A stretch of DNA of 64,000 nt from an uncultured Planctomycetaceae bacterium (GCA_963815195.1 CAWFGE010000015.1:256001-320000); one strand, 5' to 3'. Counted from the stretch's first letter, positions 49,688 to 61,799 are shown. Translations and numbers: made by a program. The notes: generated by a model not told the origin, from the letters alone.

Positions 49688-51388
49688 ATGCACCAATACA
49701 CTAGCCCTTTCTCATTGATTCTTATGTCTGGAATTATGTTCAACGTCGTGCAGACCGGTTCAACAGCGGTCGGACTCGACGACGTGCCGCGCCTATCACT
49801 CCGCGAAGCCAAAGCGATGATCACCCAGAAGAATGTAGAACTACAAACAAAGGGGGTGATCGCGATATTGCTCGACAGGATGGAACATCCTGAGGCGATG
49901 TTAAACTATATATCGGATAGTGCTGTTCAAGTCGATGAGCGATGTATTACGATCCTTCTACGGCTTGTTACGAATGAAGACGATCCTGGGCGTCGCATCC
50001 TAAAGGAATCGGGACTCGACTTTTTCAGCTACTTTAACCCAGGCGACGAATCCGCCCACTACTTCAATTTTTGGAATCTCTTTCCCGCTGCGAGAGGTCT
50101 TCTTGCAGACCGAATTCGAAAGTTGGCAGCTGATCCAGATGAATCCCGCCGGAAGAGTGCAACAATGGCCCTGTCACTGGGGATATTGGATCTCAAGCAA
50201 ACGCGGCAGATCCTCGATAAGCTTAGCGATGATTCATCTTGGGAGGTTAGATCTGAAGCAGCAGTGGTCACTATACAGCTTGGCCACAAAGGTGTGTTTG
50301 CCGCTGATTATGTGTCGGCCATGCTCAAGAGGGCTGTGCTTCGAGACACGGATGAACGTGTGAGGGAAAGGGTGGTAGACGTTTTAGCGAAAGAGTTTGA
50401 GTCGGAATGTTGTAGTAGGCTCAAACTTCGCTCCGAATTGGTGCATTCCCTCGTGACTTTGGCCAAGCAAGATCATGCAGCAGATGAAGTGCTACTTGGC
50501 GCATGTGCCAGAGCCGCCTTGGCGGCAAATACGTCAAGCGAGGACGCACTTGCATTAATTCAATTGATGATGAACCGCGAGTTTTTGGAAAGTGATAAAG
50601 GACTTATGCCTGAGTACATATCGCTGTTAAGTTGTTTGTCAAAAAATGAGCTTTCTAAAATCACGGATAATTTCAGCGATGTGACGCCAGAATGTCGGTA
50701 TGATGATTATCTTCGTTCGCTCGGGCAAAGCGCGGTAAAGATGGCTCCTGATAAGGACGCCGTGGACTGTATTGTTCGCACAGTTTGCGCAGGTTCCAAA
50801 GTTGATGCCCTTGGACCGGTCCTTCGAAGGCACAACCCCGAAGTGCTTGGGAGAATCATCCGCCAAGTGAGTGCCCAACACCTAACTGAGGCAGGATCGT
50901 ATTCATTTGGAATAGTCTTGGCGAACGTTTCAGCTGGGGTTGCTCACAGGGAGAAAGACGTATTCAGTCGACTTGTGCGGTCGGAGAATGTATGGATTCG
51001 CACGGGGGCTGGTATCGCAATGCTGTCCGCTGGAATTACTGAGTGGCGTGCAGGGAAGATTCTGAATGAAGTGCTGAATGATCCGAAGGTGGATGGAAGA
51101 TTTCGGCTTATGGCTTTAGATTGCTTGATTGCAAACAGACAACTGAAAACTGTTGCTGGAGCTACATTGGAGCAGTTGATGACGGCACAAGAAGGTCTGA
51201 CGCATCTTGGCTATTGTAAAGAGGCCATCTTATGCACGTTGATTGACGCAGTTGGGAATGGAGCGGATTTCGACGATAAAGTTCCAACGGCCATTCTATT
51301 CGCCTTAAAGCATCCAGATGTCTCAACGTGTTACAGAGTTCGAAAAGCGATGTTGCGCAGTGCCAAAGATAGCAGGCCAACTCGATAA
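49688..51388 (+). CDS. HEAT-repeat-like protein, candidate immunity partner of the Rhs toxin
   Basis: DPDESRRKSA--AL, DDSSWEVRSEAA, DTDERVRERV repeats; immediately downstream of the Rhs CT; same lower GC. Confidence 0.6.
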   Translation: MHQYTSPFSLILMSGIMFNVVQTGSTAVGLDDVPRLSLREAKAMITQKNVELQTKGVIAILLDRMEHPEAMLNYISDSAVQVDERCITILLRLVTNEDDPGRRILKESGLDFFSYFNPGDESAHYFNFWNLFPAARGLLADRIRKLAADPDESRRKSATMALSLGILDLKQTRQILDKLSDDSSWEVRSEAAVVTIQLGHKGVFAADYVSAMLKRAVLRDTDERVRERVVDVLAKEFESECCSRLKLRSELVHSLVTLAKQDHAADEVLLGACARAALAANTSSEDALALIQLMMNREFLESDKGLMPEYISLLSCLSKNELSKITDNFSDVTPECRYDDYLRSLGQSAVKMAPDKDAVDCIVRTVCAGSKVDALGPVLRRHNPEVLGRIIRQVSAQHLTEAGSYSFGIVLANVSAGVAHREKDVFSRLVRSENVWIRTGAGIAMLSAGITEWRAGKILNEVLNDPKVDGRFRLMALDCLIANRQLKTVAGATLEQLMTAQEGLTHLGYCKEAILCTLIDAVGNGADFDDKVPTAILFALKHPDVSTCYRVRKAMLRSAKDSRPTR

Positions 51389-51523
51389 AGTAAGACTGAC
51401 AAAAACTGTGAAAATGATTCGAGAAACGACACACTCAGGGGAAGTTCGCCAAGTTGCCGCAATGGTGCTCCGTGTCATAGATCCTGGAACATTGCCCTGT
51501 CCGTCTATACGGGAGGATTAGGA

Positions 51524-52329
51524 ATCCTTTCCCTCGCTCTGGTCGCGGTTTTGATCGAAACTTGCCGAATTGTTGTCCCATTCGTTGATGTTTGTTCCCG
51601 CCGGAATTTCAGTAGTTCCAAAAAATGACTTGTCGTAAGTCCTGAATTGATAGGAGATTTCGAGAAGCTTCGTCGCTGAACCCCCGACGGTCGAAATGAC
51701 CCTTGAAAACATGGGGTTTGCTACAGATGACCCGAAATATCCACTCGTTCACTTTGAGTGTTCTTGTGGACACAGCTTTGCTGCCGCAAACCGTTTTTTG
51801 GAACTACTGAATTTGGTAAATCCGTTAATTCCGGTAAGTCCCACGCCGGGAGCTTTGTTGTGCCCGTCTTAATTGTGATCGCATTCGTTGCCGAATTAAC
51901 GCTGTAGGGAATCGATTTGTCAGAACAGCAAAAGTCTTCATGGGCAGAGTGGTCAGCGGCGTCCCAACGGATCGCGCGATCGCTCTCCAGAATTCCCAAC
52001 AATTCGGCAAAACGCCAATTCGCAAGCAAAAATCTCTACAGCGTGAATTTGGCAACGAATGCGACCACAATTAAGCCGGGCACAAGTAGCAGCCTGCGCA
52101 AATCTCAACCCCATCGGCTCCAAGACACCTCGGACGGTCGCCTCGACGCTCACCTTCCGTCACACCCAACAATCCGCACCGCAAAATGCGCCTCATCCAA
52201 AACCATCGCACTCAACCAAGGAAGGCGAGATGCAAATTGACCGAAACCATCTGCGCTCCCCCTCTCCAGAATTCCCCACAATTCGGCAAAACAGCAATCA
52301 ACAAGCCAAAATCCCTACAGCGTTAATTC
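51524..52329. repeat. Degenerate orphan ends of the four-gene DDE/ExeA transposon, including a MITE-like unit 51859-52084
   Basis: 51524-51610 resembles the left end at 54132; tgtgcccgtcttaattgtg (51859) and cacaattaagccgggcaca (52084) are inverted right ends; 52090-52329 resembles 63230-63410. Confidence 0.75.
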
Positions 52330-52409
52330 GTAAGCGTCCGAGGTAGCCATTGTTGACGAGTGGTTTACGCTTTAGGGATTTCTGGAAATCCTGACAGCGG
52401 AGACTTCTC

Positions 52410-52766
52410 ATGACGAAAGCGGAATCGGTGTGGCGGGAGCGGTTGATTCGGTTTCAAGGCAGCGGATTGACCATCCAGGCGTTTTGTGAACGCGAGGGCG
52501 TTTCGGTCTCCAACTTTCATGCCTGGAAAAGGCGGTTGGGGATCGGCCAAGCGAAGAGGTCGTCTCGAAGATCGGCGAAGGGCCGCGATCCGAAGCCGCC
52601 CTTGTTTGTGCCGGTGGGCGTGGCGGTGGGGGCCTCGGCTTCGGAGGTGCGGATCGAACTCCCCAGCGGGGCGGTGGTGCATGTGCCTTTGGAGGCGGAT
52701 GAACGCGTGCTGGCCTTGGTGATGGAAGCCGCCGCCCGGAGTCGAGAGGAGGGCTCGGCATGCTGA
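52410..52766 (+). CDS. tnpA: IS66 accessory protein TnpA
   Basis: W-ERL-RFQGSGLTIQAFCEREGVSVSNFHAWKRRL, FVPV. Confidence 0.88.
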   Translation: MTKAESVWRERLIRFQGSGLTIQAFCEREGVSVSNFHAWKRRLGIGQAKRSSRRSAKGRDPKPPLFVPVGVAVGASASEVRIELPSGAVVHVPLEADERVLALVMEAAARSREEGSAC

Positions 52767-53119
52767 GCCTCTCGCCTTTGGTCCGCGTGTTTTTGTGCAC
52801 CAAGTCCACAGACCTCAGGAAAGGATTTGATGGTTTATCCGGGTTGGTCGAAACCGTGTTTGAGGCGGATGTCTTAAGCGGGCATTGGTTCGTGTTTCTC
52901 AACCGCCGTCGCGATCGCGTGAAAATCCTGGCGTGGGATCATGACGGCTTGTCCATCTTTTACAAACGTCTCGAGCGAGGAACTTATCAAATGCCTCGCG
53001 AAGGGGAAGATCACGTGGAGTTGGATCAGGCGGAACTTTCCATGCTGCTTTCGGGAATTGATCTCACGAGTGCCCGGCGTCGCAAACGCTATCAGAAACG
53101 CGAATCGTCCCAGCGGTAA
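52760..53119 (+). CDS. tnpB: IS66 accessory protein TnpB
   Basis: TDLRKGFDGL, FVFLNRRRDRVKILAWDHDG, KRLERG. Confidence 0.93.
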   Translation: MLSLSPLVRVFLCTKSTDLRKGFDGLSGLVETVFEADVLSGHWFVFLNRRRDRVKILAWDHDGLSIFYKRLERGTYQMPREGEDHVELDQAELSMLLSGIDLTSARRRKRYQKRESSQR

Positions 53120-53552
53120 CTCCCCGCGAAGCCTTGGAAAAAATTTTCGATTTTTGGGGAATAAACGCGAAGGGTGAGGGATCCTGTTCGAGGATTCCCT
53201 GCCCCTTTTTTGCGTGTTGTGCCCGATGGCTTCCGATTCCTCACTTCCTGATGACCTGGCCGCGTGCCACGCGCTGATTCGGCAGTTAGCCGAACAGAAC
53301 GCGGCACGGCAACCCGCCATCGAGGAACAGCAGCGTGCTTTGGAAGAGAAACAGCGTGTGTTGGAGGAAGTCGATGCGAGCTATCACGAACTCCAGCAGG
53401 AACACGTGTCAGAGAACCCAAAGGTTTACGCAGTTACGGAACCCGAACTGTTACGCACCGATTCCCCCAAGAGCGATGGCTTTGGAGGGCTTGAAAATCC
53501 CCCGCGCGCGGGGGATTTTCAAATTTTCTGACCGGGGCAGGCGGTGCCCCGT

Positions 53553-54131
53553 CTATTCGCCCGGTCGCGATGCTCCCTCGGATTTTGCGGAGTCGGAAAC
53601 GGGTCGAGTCGCGTCCCGAACCGTTTCCTTGGCCGAAGTCAGGGACGTGATCGGCCGTTCGCCAAGTTGAGCATCTAACTCTTTCAATCGGTAGCTGCGG
53701 CCTTGGATGTTGAGCACGGTTGCGTTGTGAAGCAAACGATCCAAAATCGCACCCGCAAGAACCTCATCATCCGCCAACACGCTGGGCCAACTGGCAATTC
53801 CCTTGTTCGTCGTGATCGCAATCGAAGAGCCCTTCGCGTAACGATAGTTCAGAACGCGGAACAACAGATTCGCACTTTCCCGATCCAATTGCTCGTAGCC
53901 AAACTCGTCGAGGACCACCAGGTTGGAGGACATGTACTTGCGGTGCTTCAAACGGGTTGGACTCAAGGCCGCGTCCTTGCGCAACTGATGAAGCAGTTCC
54001 TCGACAAGATAAAAACTCACCGAGAAACCCGTCTCGATCGCCCGCGTGGCCAGTGCGACCGCCAGATGCGTTTTTCCCACACCCGGCGGACCTTGCAGCA
54101 GCAAGGCCCCACCATCACGAATCCACTGGGC
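53553..54131 (-). pseudogene. istB: IS21 helper ATPase IstB, 5'-truncated
   Basis: LLQGPPGVGKTHLA, VVLDEFGY, ITTNK, AILDRLLH, G-SYR. Confidence 0.9.
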
Positions 54132-54345
54132 TGTCCTTTGCCTCGCTCTGGTCGCAGTTTTGATCGATAATTGCCGAATTGTCGTCGCATTCGTTGATGT
54201 TTGTTCCCGCCGGAATTTGGCAAAACCGTTACTTCCGGTCAGGGCCGCACCGGGAACGTTGTACCCCGCTCCAATGCCATTTTTCTCATACCCCGCCCCG
54301 AGGTCGTGGCCGGTATCATGGTTGGCTTTCGGGGAGCGGGCCCAC

Positions 54346-54906
54346 GTGAGCGCGGGGCGATGGTTTTACTGGGACGAAGAGGGCTTTCGCGCAATTTCCG
54401 AGAAGCTCAAAATGACGGCGTGCCCGCATTGCCAGGTGACCGGCTTGCTGGTTCTGCACGGCTTTTTGCGGGGCTATGATGAGAGCAGCCCGCGGGAAAA
54501 GACGGTCCGCGCCCGGCGGATTTTCTGCAGCAACCGCAACAATCGCCAAGGCTGCGGGCGGACGTTCAGCGTCTGGCTCGCGGACAAAATCCGACGGCTG
54601 AGCCTCTCGGCCGGCGGTCTGTGGACGTTTCTCCAATCCGTTGTCGCTGACGGCATCGGCGCGGCCATCCGCCGCATCGATTGCCACCTGAGCGACCGGC
54701 AGATGCAACGGATTTGGAAACGATTCGACCTCGGCCAAAGCCTGATCCGCGCGGCGCTTTGGAATCAGTGTGAGCCGCCGGAACTGCCGGCCAATTTTCC
54801 TCAGTCTCCGGTGGCGGAGGTTCTGGCTCATCTTCAAGCCGCCTTTCCCCATTCGGACAGTCCCATCGCCGCCTTCCAGCACGCCCTGCGGACGTTCTTT
54901 ATCTAG
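54346..54906 (+). CDS. Zinc-ribbon/HTH accessory protein of the transposon (start uncertain)
   Basis: ACPHC...HG--RGY...RIFCSNR----GCGRTFS. Confidence 0.7.
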   Translation: MSAGRWFYWDEEGFRAISEKLKMTACPHCQVTGLLVLHGFLRGYDESSPREKTVRARRIFCSNRNNRQGCGRTFSVWLADKIRRLSLSAGGLWTFLQSVVADGIGAAIRRIDCHLSDRQMQRIWKRFDLGQSLIRAALWNQCEPPELPANFPQSPVAEVLAHLQAAFPHSDSPIAAFQHALRTFFI

Positions 54907-55201
54907 AGCGGTCCTTAATGTGCTTTCCCTATCCTGCCTCTGGGTGGGGTTGGACTCGCTGCTCAACTGGCGTCGGAATGACGGGATGATGGCGTTTGCG
55001 ATGCCGCCCCGCACGCCGATGGGCGAATGGCATGGCTTCCATTAGCCGCCGGATTACGCCGATCGTGACCGAATTTTCGTCGCGCTGCGCGGACACCATC
55101 CGCTCAAAAATGGGTGACAACACAAGCTGTCGTTTCTTGAGGCGACCGCTTTTGGGACAACGTTTCTTTCGGTCAACAATCCCCAAAGCAAGGAGAACCC
55201 C

Positions 55202-58200
55202 ATGAAGCAGCCTTCGGTCTATTTGAAGATGCGTGTGCTGGGAGCCATCGACACGGTCGAAGGCCGCACCCGACACGAGCGAATCCACAAAGTCGCCGCC
55301 ATGACCTTTCTCGACGAGGAGGGCCATTCCCGCCAGTTCACCTGGCGAACGATCCAGACTTGGTACTACCGTTACAAAAACCACGGTATCACCGGTATGA
55401 CGAACGGCTCGCGGAGCGACAAGGGACAGACCCGCAAGATCACGCCCGAGGAACTGCTCGAAGCCCTCAACGCCGCCAAGCCGCACTTCCACAACAAACG
55501 TTACAACAAGCTGGCGTTGTACCGCTTTTGCATCGAAAAAGGGCTGCTCCGCCGCGACCAAATCGCCCAGACCACCTTCTATCGGTTCCTTCGCGAGTAC
55601 GACTTGCTCGCCCCCGAAGACAAGGACACTCACAAAAAACGTCTGGCTTTCAGCATGAACCCGGATTATTCATCAGGTTCGTGCGTGGTGAGTATTTCCG
55701 TGGCGGAAAGTGCACCGGGTGGTTGGGGAGCGGAGGATGGGCGGACCGCCCCCTTTCCCCCTGGGGCCTGGCGATCGTTGGGTGAGTGAAGGAAAGAAAC
55801 AGAAAGGCGGATGCCACGATGGCGAACTGCTCAGTCCCGAAGAACCAGTTGCTCATGGGCGTGACGTGGGAGAGGTGTGTAGGGCCGCGGGCGAGCTCCG
55901 CGCGGACGTGGCCAGAGGTTGGCCAGACGCAGCGATCGGATGCGGGAAGACATCGCGGCCCAAAACGCGCTCACGCTTTCCTCAATGTAAATCACGAGGC
56001 GGCGGGAGTGCTTCACGACCCGCGCTCCTGTCCGCAGCACCGACTGCTGGAAACGATGCAAGTCCCAGCAACCGCCCAACTCGTCCTCGAACTCGATCCG
56101 CAGCATCGACGCCAGGTTGAACGCCAGCAGGCCCAACAGCAACGTCACTTCGTTCTCCGCAAACACCGATGACGAAAGACGGCAGCCAATCACCGCGTTG
56201 AATTCGCCCAGCCGGTCCTCGAACGTGCCGCGCTTGCGGTAGTGCGACAACACCTCATCCGCCGAGCGTTGCTCCTCGGTCCAGTTTGTGATCAGGAAGA
56301 AGTAACGCGGAAACAGAGCCAGTTGGCCCGTCTTCGCCTCCGGCTTGTCGACGATGACCAGAATCACCCGCTGCGGATGACGCCAGCCCTCGGCTTGGTA
56401 CTTTCCGAGTTCGATCACGTCCTCATATCCCCCTTTGGGCGGCCGGCCTACGGGACGTGTCAGATAGGGCGCGGCCATCTCTTCCAGCACGTTGTTCTTC
56501 TTGATTCTCCCGCAAAAACGGATGTTTTCGTCGGTCAACTCATCCAACACCGGGCCGGCGATGAAACCCGCATCGATCCGGAGGTCGAAGCTCCACGCCA
56601 GTTGCCGGGCCTTGCCGACCACGTTGCGAATAAACCGCCGGATGCCATTGGCCGTATGCACGCTGCCTTGCCGCAGGATGGCATGAATGAAGCCGTTGCC
56701 CAGCCGCTGGCCTTCCCGCGCGTATCGTAGTCGCCGCCGACCGAGAAACTAGCGACCAGCGGATGATAGACGGTCTCCTTGTAGTAACCGTTGTAGCGGG
56801 CCCCCGGCTGCTGGCCATAAACCTGCATTGGGAAACTGTCAATGTCGATGGTGGCGTAGCGGACGCGGCGGTCGCTGTCGCCGGTGCTTTTGATGTGCCG
56901 ATGGATCCAGTCGAACAAGGCGCATCCGCACGGCTTCGAGATTCGTCTTGCAGTCGGCCAGCCAATCGATGAGCCGGGATTGGGTGGGCTGGCTGGCCAG
57001 GCGTTGGTTGAGCACTTCTTCGCCGGGCCGGTCCCAGGCGGCCATCTTCATGGCGGGATCATGGGCGAGCCGGTCGAGATCATCCTGATCGGACTCTCCC
57101 AGGGCCATGGCGTAGATTCTTTCCCGCAGCAGTTCGACGCCTTGATAGCGGACGCGGTCTTGCCGGCGAGGATCGATCAGTCGATCGGCAAGGGATTCGG
57201 TGAGTCCGAGCCGATGATCGAAGTCCCGCAGGAGAACGGCACCGGCGTGTGACGTGAGCCGCTGATCGACGGACTTGACCTTGACGGAACGATTGAAATC
57301 GGGCTCGAAAACGTTAGTCTGAGCTTCACCCATCGCGTGTTTCCTCCGTAGGGTTTCGGGATTAGATATAACCCTTAAACGCACAGGGTCACGCGATGGT
57401 TCCTTCTTTTTTCAGCTTTTTTGGTGAATAATCCGGGATGAAGTACGCCAACCAACTCTGGCAAGCCGACACGATGTTCGGCCCCTATCTCGACACCGGC
57501 GTGCCTGGCGCGGCCCGCAAGCAAGCCAAGCTGATCGCCTTCATCGACGATGCCAGCCGGGTCTTATGTCACGGCGAATTCTTCTTTGAGGAGAACGTCG
57601 ATTCGTTGGTGCAAACCCTCCGCGCCGCCTTCTATAAACGCGGCATTCCCGAGCAACTGCTAGTCGACAACGGCTCGATCTACAGCGGCCAGGAAATCAC
57701 CCTGATCTGCGCCCGCGTGGGTTGTCTTCTGCGACATACGGCGGTCCGAGACGCCGCCGCCAAGGGGAAGATCGAACGCTTCTTCCGCCGCGTCCGCGAC
57801 CAATTCCTGATCCGCCAACTCGATCTCTCCTCGCTCGCGGCCCTCAATCGGCAGTTCACGACTTGGATCGAAAGCGATTACAACGCGGTGGAACATGACG
57901 CGATTGGCCTAAAACCGATCGACCGCTTCGGTATGGATCTCAGTCGAGTCCGCTTCCTGTCGCCGTCCGAACACAACGATGAACTGTTCTATGCCGAGGC
58001 GACCCGGAAGGTCAAAAAGGACAACACCTTCAGTTTCCAAAACCGTCGTTATGAAACGCCCGTCGATCTCCGCGACAAGCCAATTGAGATCCGCTACGAC
58101 CGGCACCGCAACGATGCCGCGGCCATCGTGATCTACTACAAGGGCCAGCGGATGGGCGTCGCCCGGTTGCTGGATGCCGTGGCCAATGGACTCTTGCGAA

Positions 58201-58220
58201 GAAAGGAGCAACAGCCATGA
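55202..58220 (+). pseudogene. DDE transposase (rve plus Mu-like C-terminus) interrupted by IS1380
   Basis: 55202-55659 plus 57443-58220 rejoin to 411 aa, matching 59708-60943. Confidence 0.92.
55660..57437 (-). mobile_element. IS1380-family IS, transposase (55831-57333) frameshifted
   Basis: Perfect 13-bp TIR cccggattattca; 5-bp TSD ATGAA; LTSHAGAVLLR, D-DDLDRL-HDP, IDIDS, YNGYY---YHPL, RIDAGF, Y-KRG--E. Confidence 0.93.
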
Positions 58221-58466
58221 TGATCCGCGCTTTTTATGGACTGACCCAAGTGTGCCCGTCTTAATTGTGGTCGCATTCGTTGCCGAATTAACGCTGTAGG
58301 GATTTTGGCTTGCTAACCGTTGTTTTGCCGAATTGTTGTGAATTCTGGAGCGGGTGGGCGCGATGGTTTTGGATGAGGCGCATTTCGCGGTGCGGATTGT
58401 TGTGTGGGACGGATGGTGAGCGTCGAGGTGTTTTGGAGCCGATGGAATGGAGATTGGAGCAGGTGA

Positions 58467-58797
58467 CTATTTCGGCGCGGTTGGCGGATTGTGCTTTTGG
58501 GCTTCTTGGGTTTGGTAACATTGCAGCCATTGTTCCAGCAGGGCGACGGCGGAGCGGAAGTTGTAGCCGAGCTGGATCAAGAGGTCGATGTTGTTGAAAT
58601 TCTGACCGCAGCAGAAGCAATGGGCAAGGTTGTTCTTGGGGTTGACGGTGGCTTTCATCTCGCCGCAGTTCGGGCAGAGGAATCGGAAGTAGCCCTCGCT
58701 ATGCTTGGACGGCGGGGCCTCGTGGCCGAGGGCGGCGAGGGTGACCGGCATGGGCAGGTCGTTGCGGATTCGACGCAGCAAGCTCGCGGGAATCATG
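58467..58797 (-). CDS. CHC2-type zinc-finger protein (copy B)
   Basis: RFLCPNC...NPKNNLAHCFCCGQNFNNIDL...F-SAV-LL, DnaG-like Zn-binding domain. Confidence 0.75.
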
Positions 58798-58907
58798 GCG
58801 TGCTCCGGGGAGATGAGATCGACTCTCCCACACTCCATCCGTGATGGCGGAGCGTTGGAGAGTCCGAGCGAGATGGGTTTGGGCTTACGGATGGGGCGCG
58901 GATCGGA

Positions 58908-59711
58908 TCAAAAATCCGTCAGGTCGCTTTCCTTTTGCCAATGGGGTTGCCGCAAGACGCGGTTGACGTTGTCGATGTCGATGGTCTTGTTGCCGGAGCG
59001 GACCGCCTGGATCAGGCAGCCGACGCAGAGGTTTCTTGCCTTGCGGAGGACGCCATCGGCCGAGCGGACGATGAGGTCGATGGCCGGGTCGGTCAAGGTG
59101 TTGTGTCCAAGGCCGACGCGGTCGAGTTCGCGCAGGAGGAACTCCCGCAGGTCGTCGGGGTTTAAGCCGCTTAGTGATCACCGAATAGGTGACGCGGCTT
59201 TTGATGTCGCTATTGACGCCCAGGTCCAAATTGGCGAGCAGGCTGGGCTGGCCGATCAACACCAGATTGTGATTCTTCGGAAAATCCTCGAAGAGCAACC
59301 GCAGCTTTCGCAGGTTGGCCAGGTCCATCAGATGGGCATCGTCGAGGATCGTGGTCAGACACTTGCCGGCGTGGTTGAGGCTAAACGCCTGCTCGATGAG
59401 TTTCCGTTCGCACTTGAAGGCGTTGCTTTCGAACTCGATGAGGAAGGCGTTGCAAAGGATCTTGACGGTGTTGGTGTAAGTGTGCAGAGTCCGCGCGACG
59501 CTAGCGATCAGGTACTGGTTCTCGGGGAGCCGTTGCAGCGACTGCTTGATGACGGTCTTGCCGGTGCCGGGAACGCCGAGAACCAGACAGAGCCCGCCCT
59601 GCTGACAATGCACCTTCAGTGTGTCGTGGATCTCCTGCTGTTGGGGCAAGAGCTGGATCTCGCGGTGTCGAAGGGGTCTTGGGTCAGTCCATAAAAGGCG
59701 CGGATCATCAT
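58908..59711 (-). CDS. ExeA-like AAA ATPase (copy B), frameshifted near 59160
   Basis: GVPGTGKT, ILDDAHL, LVLIGQP, SADGVLR. Confidence 0.85.
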
Positions 59712-60943
59712 GGCTGTTGCTCCTTTCTTCGCAAGAGTCCATTGGCCACGGCATCCAGCAACCGGGCGACGCCCATCCGCTGGCCCTTGTAGTAGATCAC
59801 GATGGCCGCGGCATCGTTGCGGTGCCGGTCGTAGCGGATCTCAATTGGCTTGTCGCGGAGATCGACGGGCGTTTCATAACGGCGGTTTTGGAAGCTGAAG
59901 GTGTTGTCCTTTTTGACCTTCCGGGTCGCCTCGGCATAGAACAGTTCATCGTTGTGTTCGGACGGCGACAGGAAGCGGACTCGACTGAGATCCATACCGA
60001 AGCGGTCGATCGGTTTTAGGCCAATCGCGTCATGTTCCACCGCGTTGTAGTCGCTTTCGACCCAAGCGGTGAACTGCCGATTGAGGGCCGCGAGCGAGGA
60101 GAGATCGAGTTGGCGGATCAGGAATTGGTCGCGGACGCGGCGGAAGAAGCGTTCGATCTTCCCCTTGGCGGCGGCGTCTCGGACCGCCGTATGTCGGAGA
60201 AGACAACCCAGGCGGGCGCAGATCAGGGTGATTTCCTGGCCGCTGTAGATCGAGCCGTTGTCGACTAGCAGTTGCTCGGGAATGCCGCGTTTATAGAAGG
60301 CGGCGCGGAGGGTTTGCACCAACGAATCGACGTTCTCCTCGAAGAAGAATTCGCCGTGACATAAGACCCGGCTGGCATCGTCGATGAAGGCGATCAGCTT
60401 GGCTTGCTTGCGGGCCGCGCCGGGCACGCCGGTGTCGAGATAGGGGCCGAACATCGTGTCGGCTTGCCAGAGTTGGTTGGCGTACTTCATGCTGAAAGCG
60501 AGCCGTTTTTTGTTGGTGTCCTTGTCTTCGGGGGCGAGCAAGTCGTACTCGCGAAGGAACCGATAGAAGGTGGTCTGGGCGATCTGGTCGCGGCGGAGCA
60601 GCCCCTTTTCGATGCAAAAGCGATACAACGCCAGCTTGTTGTAACGTTTGTTGTGGAAGTGCGGCTTGGCGGCGTTGAGGGCTTCGAGCAGTTCCTCGGG
60701 CGTGATCTTGCGGGTCTGTCCCTTGTCGCTCCGCGAGCCGTTCGTCATGCCGGTGATGCCGTGGTTTTTGTAGCGGTAGTACCAGGTCTGGATGGTTCGC
60801 CAGGTGAACTGGCGGGAATGGCCCTCCTCGTCGAGAAAGGTCATGGCGGCGACTTTGTGGATTCGCTCGTGCCGGGTGCGGCCTTCGACCGTGTCGACGG
60901 CTCCCAGCACGCGCATCTTCAAATAGACCGAAGGCTGCTTCAT
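59708..60943 (-). CDS. DDE transposase (rve plus Mu-like C-terminus), intact
   Basis: LWQADT, FIDDASR, LVDNGS-Y, KGKIERFF. Confidence 0.93.
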   Translation of the reverse strand: MKQPSVYLKMRVLGAVDTVEGRTRHERIHKVAAMTFLDEEGHSRQFTWRTIQTWYYRYKNHGITGMTNGSRSDKGQTRKITPEELLEALNAAKPHFHNKRYNKLALYRFCIEKGLLRRDQIAQTTFYRFLREYDLLAPEDKDTNKKRLAFSMKYANQLWQADTMFGPYLDTGVPGAARKQAKLIAFIDDASRVLCHGEFFFEENVDSLVQTLRAAFYKRGIPEQLLVDNGSIYSGQEITLICARLGCLLRHTAVRDAAAKGKIERFFRRVRDQFLIRQLDLSSLAALNRQFTAWVESDYNAVEHDAIGLKPIDRFGMDLSRVRFLSPSEHNDELFYAEATRKVKKDNTFSFQNRRYETPVDLRDKPIEIRYDRHRNDAAAIVIYYKGQRMGVARLLDAVANGLLRRKEQQP

Positions 60944-61238
60944 GGGGTTCTCCTTGCTTTGGGGATTGTTGACCGAAAGAAACGTTGTCCCAAAAGCGGT
61001 CGCCTCAAGAAACGACAGCTTGTGTTGTCACCCATTTTTGAGCGGATGGTGTCCGCGCAGCGCGACGAAAATTCGGTCACGATCGGCGTAATCCGGCGGC
61101 TAATGGAAGCCATGCCATTCGCCCATCGGCACGTGGGGCGGCATCGCAAACGTCATCATCCCGTCATTCCGACGCCAGTTGAGCAGCGAGTCCAACGCCA
61201 CCCAGAGGCAGGATAGGGAAAGCACATCAAGGACCGCT

Positions 61239-61799
61239 CTAGATAAAGAACGTCCGCAGGGCGTGCTGGAAGGCGGCGATGGGACTGTCCGAATGGGGAA
61301 AGGCGGCTTGAAGATGAGCCAGAACCTCCGCCGCCGGAGACTGAGGAGAATTGGCCGGCAGTTCCGGCGGCTCACACTGATTGCCAAAGCGCTGCGCGGA
61401 TCGGGCTTTGGCCGAGGTCGAATCGTTTCCAGATCCGTTGCATCTGCCGGTCGCTCAGGTGGCAGTCGACGCGGCGGATGGCCGCGCCGATGCCGTCAGC
61501 GACCACGGATTGGAGAAACGTCCATAGACCGCCGGCCGAGAGGCTCAGCCGTCGGATTTTGTCCGCGAGCCAGACGCTGAACGTCCGCCCGCAGCCTTTG
61601 CGATTGTTGCGGTTGCTGCAGAAAATCCGCCGGGCGCGGACCGTCTTTTCCCGCGGGCTGCTCTCATCATAGCCCCGCAAAAAGCCGTGCAGAACCAGCA
61701 AGCCGGTCACCTGGCAATGCGGGCACGCCGTCATTTTGAGCTTCTCGGAAATGGCGCGAAAGCCCTCTTCGTCCCAGTAAAACCATCGCCCCGCGCTCA
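61239..61799 (-). CDS. Zinc-ribbon accessory protein (copy B), frameshifted near 61385
   Basis: Near-identical to 54346-54906. Confidence 0.7.

Larger units (their letters stand above)
52330..53406 (+). mobile_element. IS66-family element, truncated in tnpC
   Basis: Left end gtaagcgtcc; tnpA, tnpB and tnpC start (MASDSSLPDDLAACHALI, 53226) cut by an IS21 end at 53407. Confidence 0.9.
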
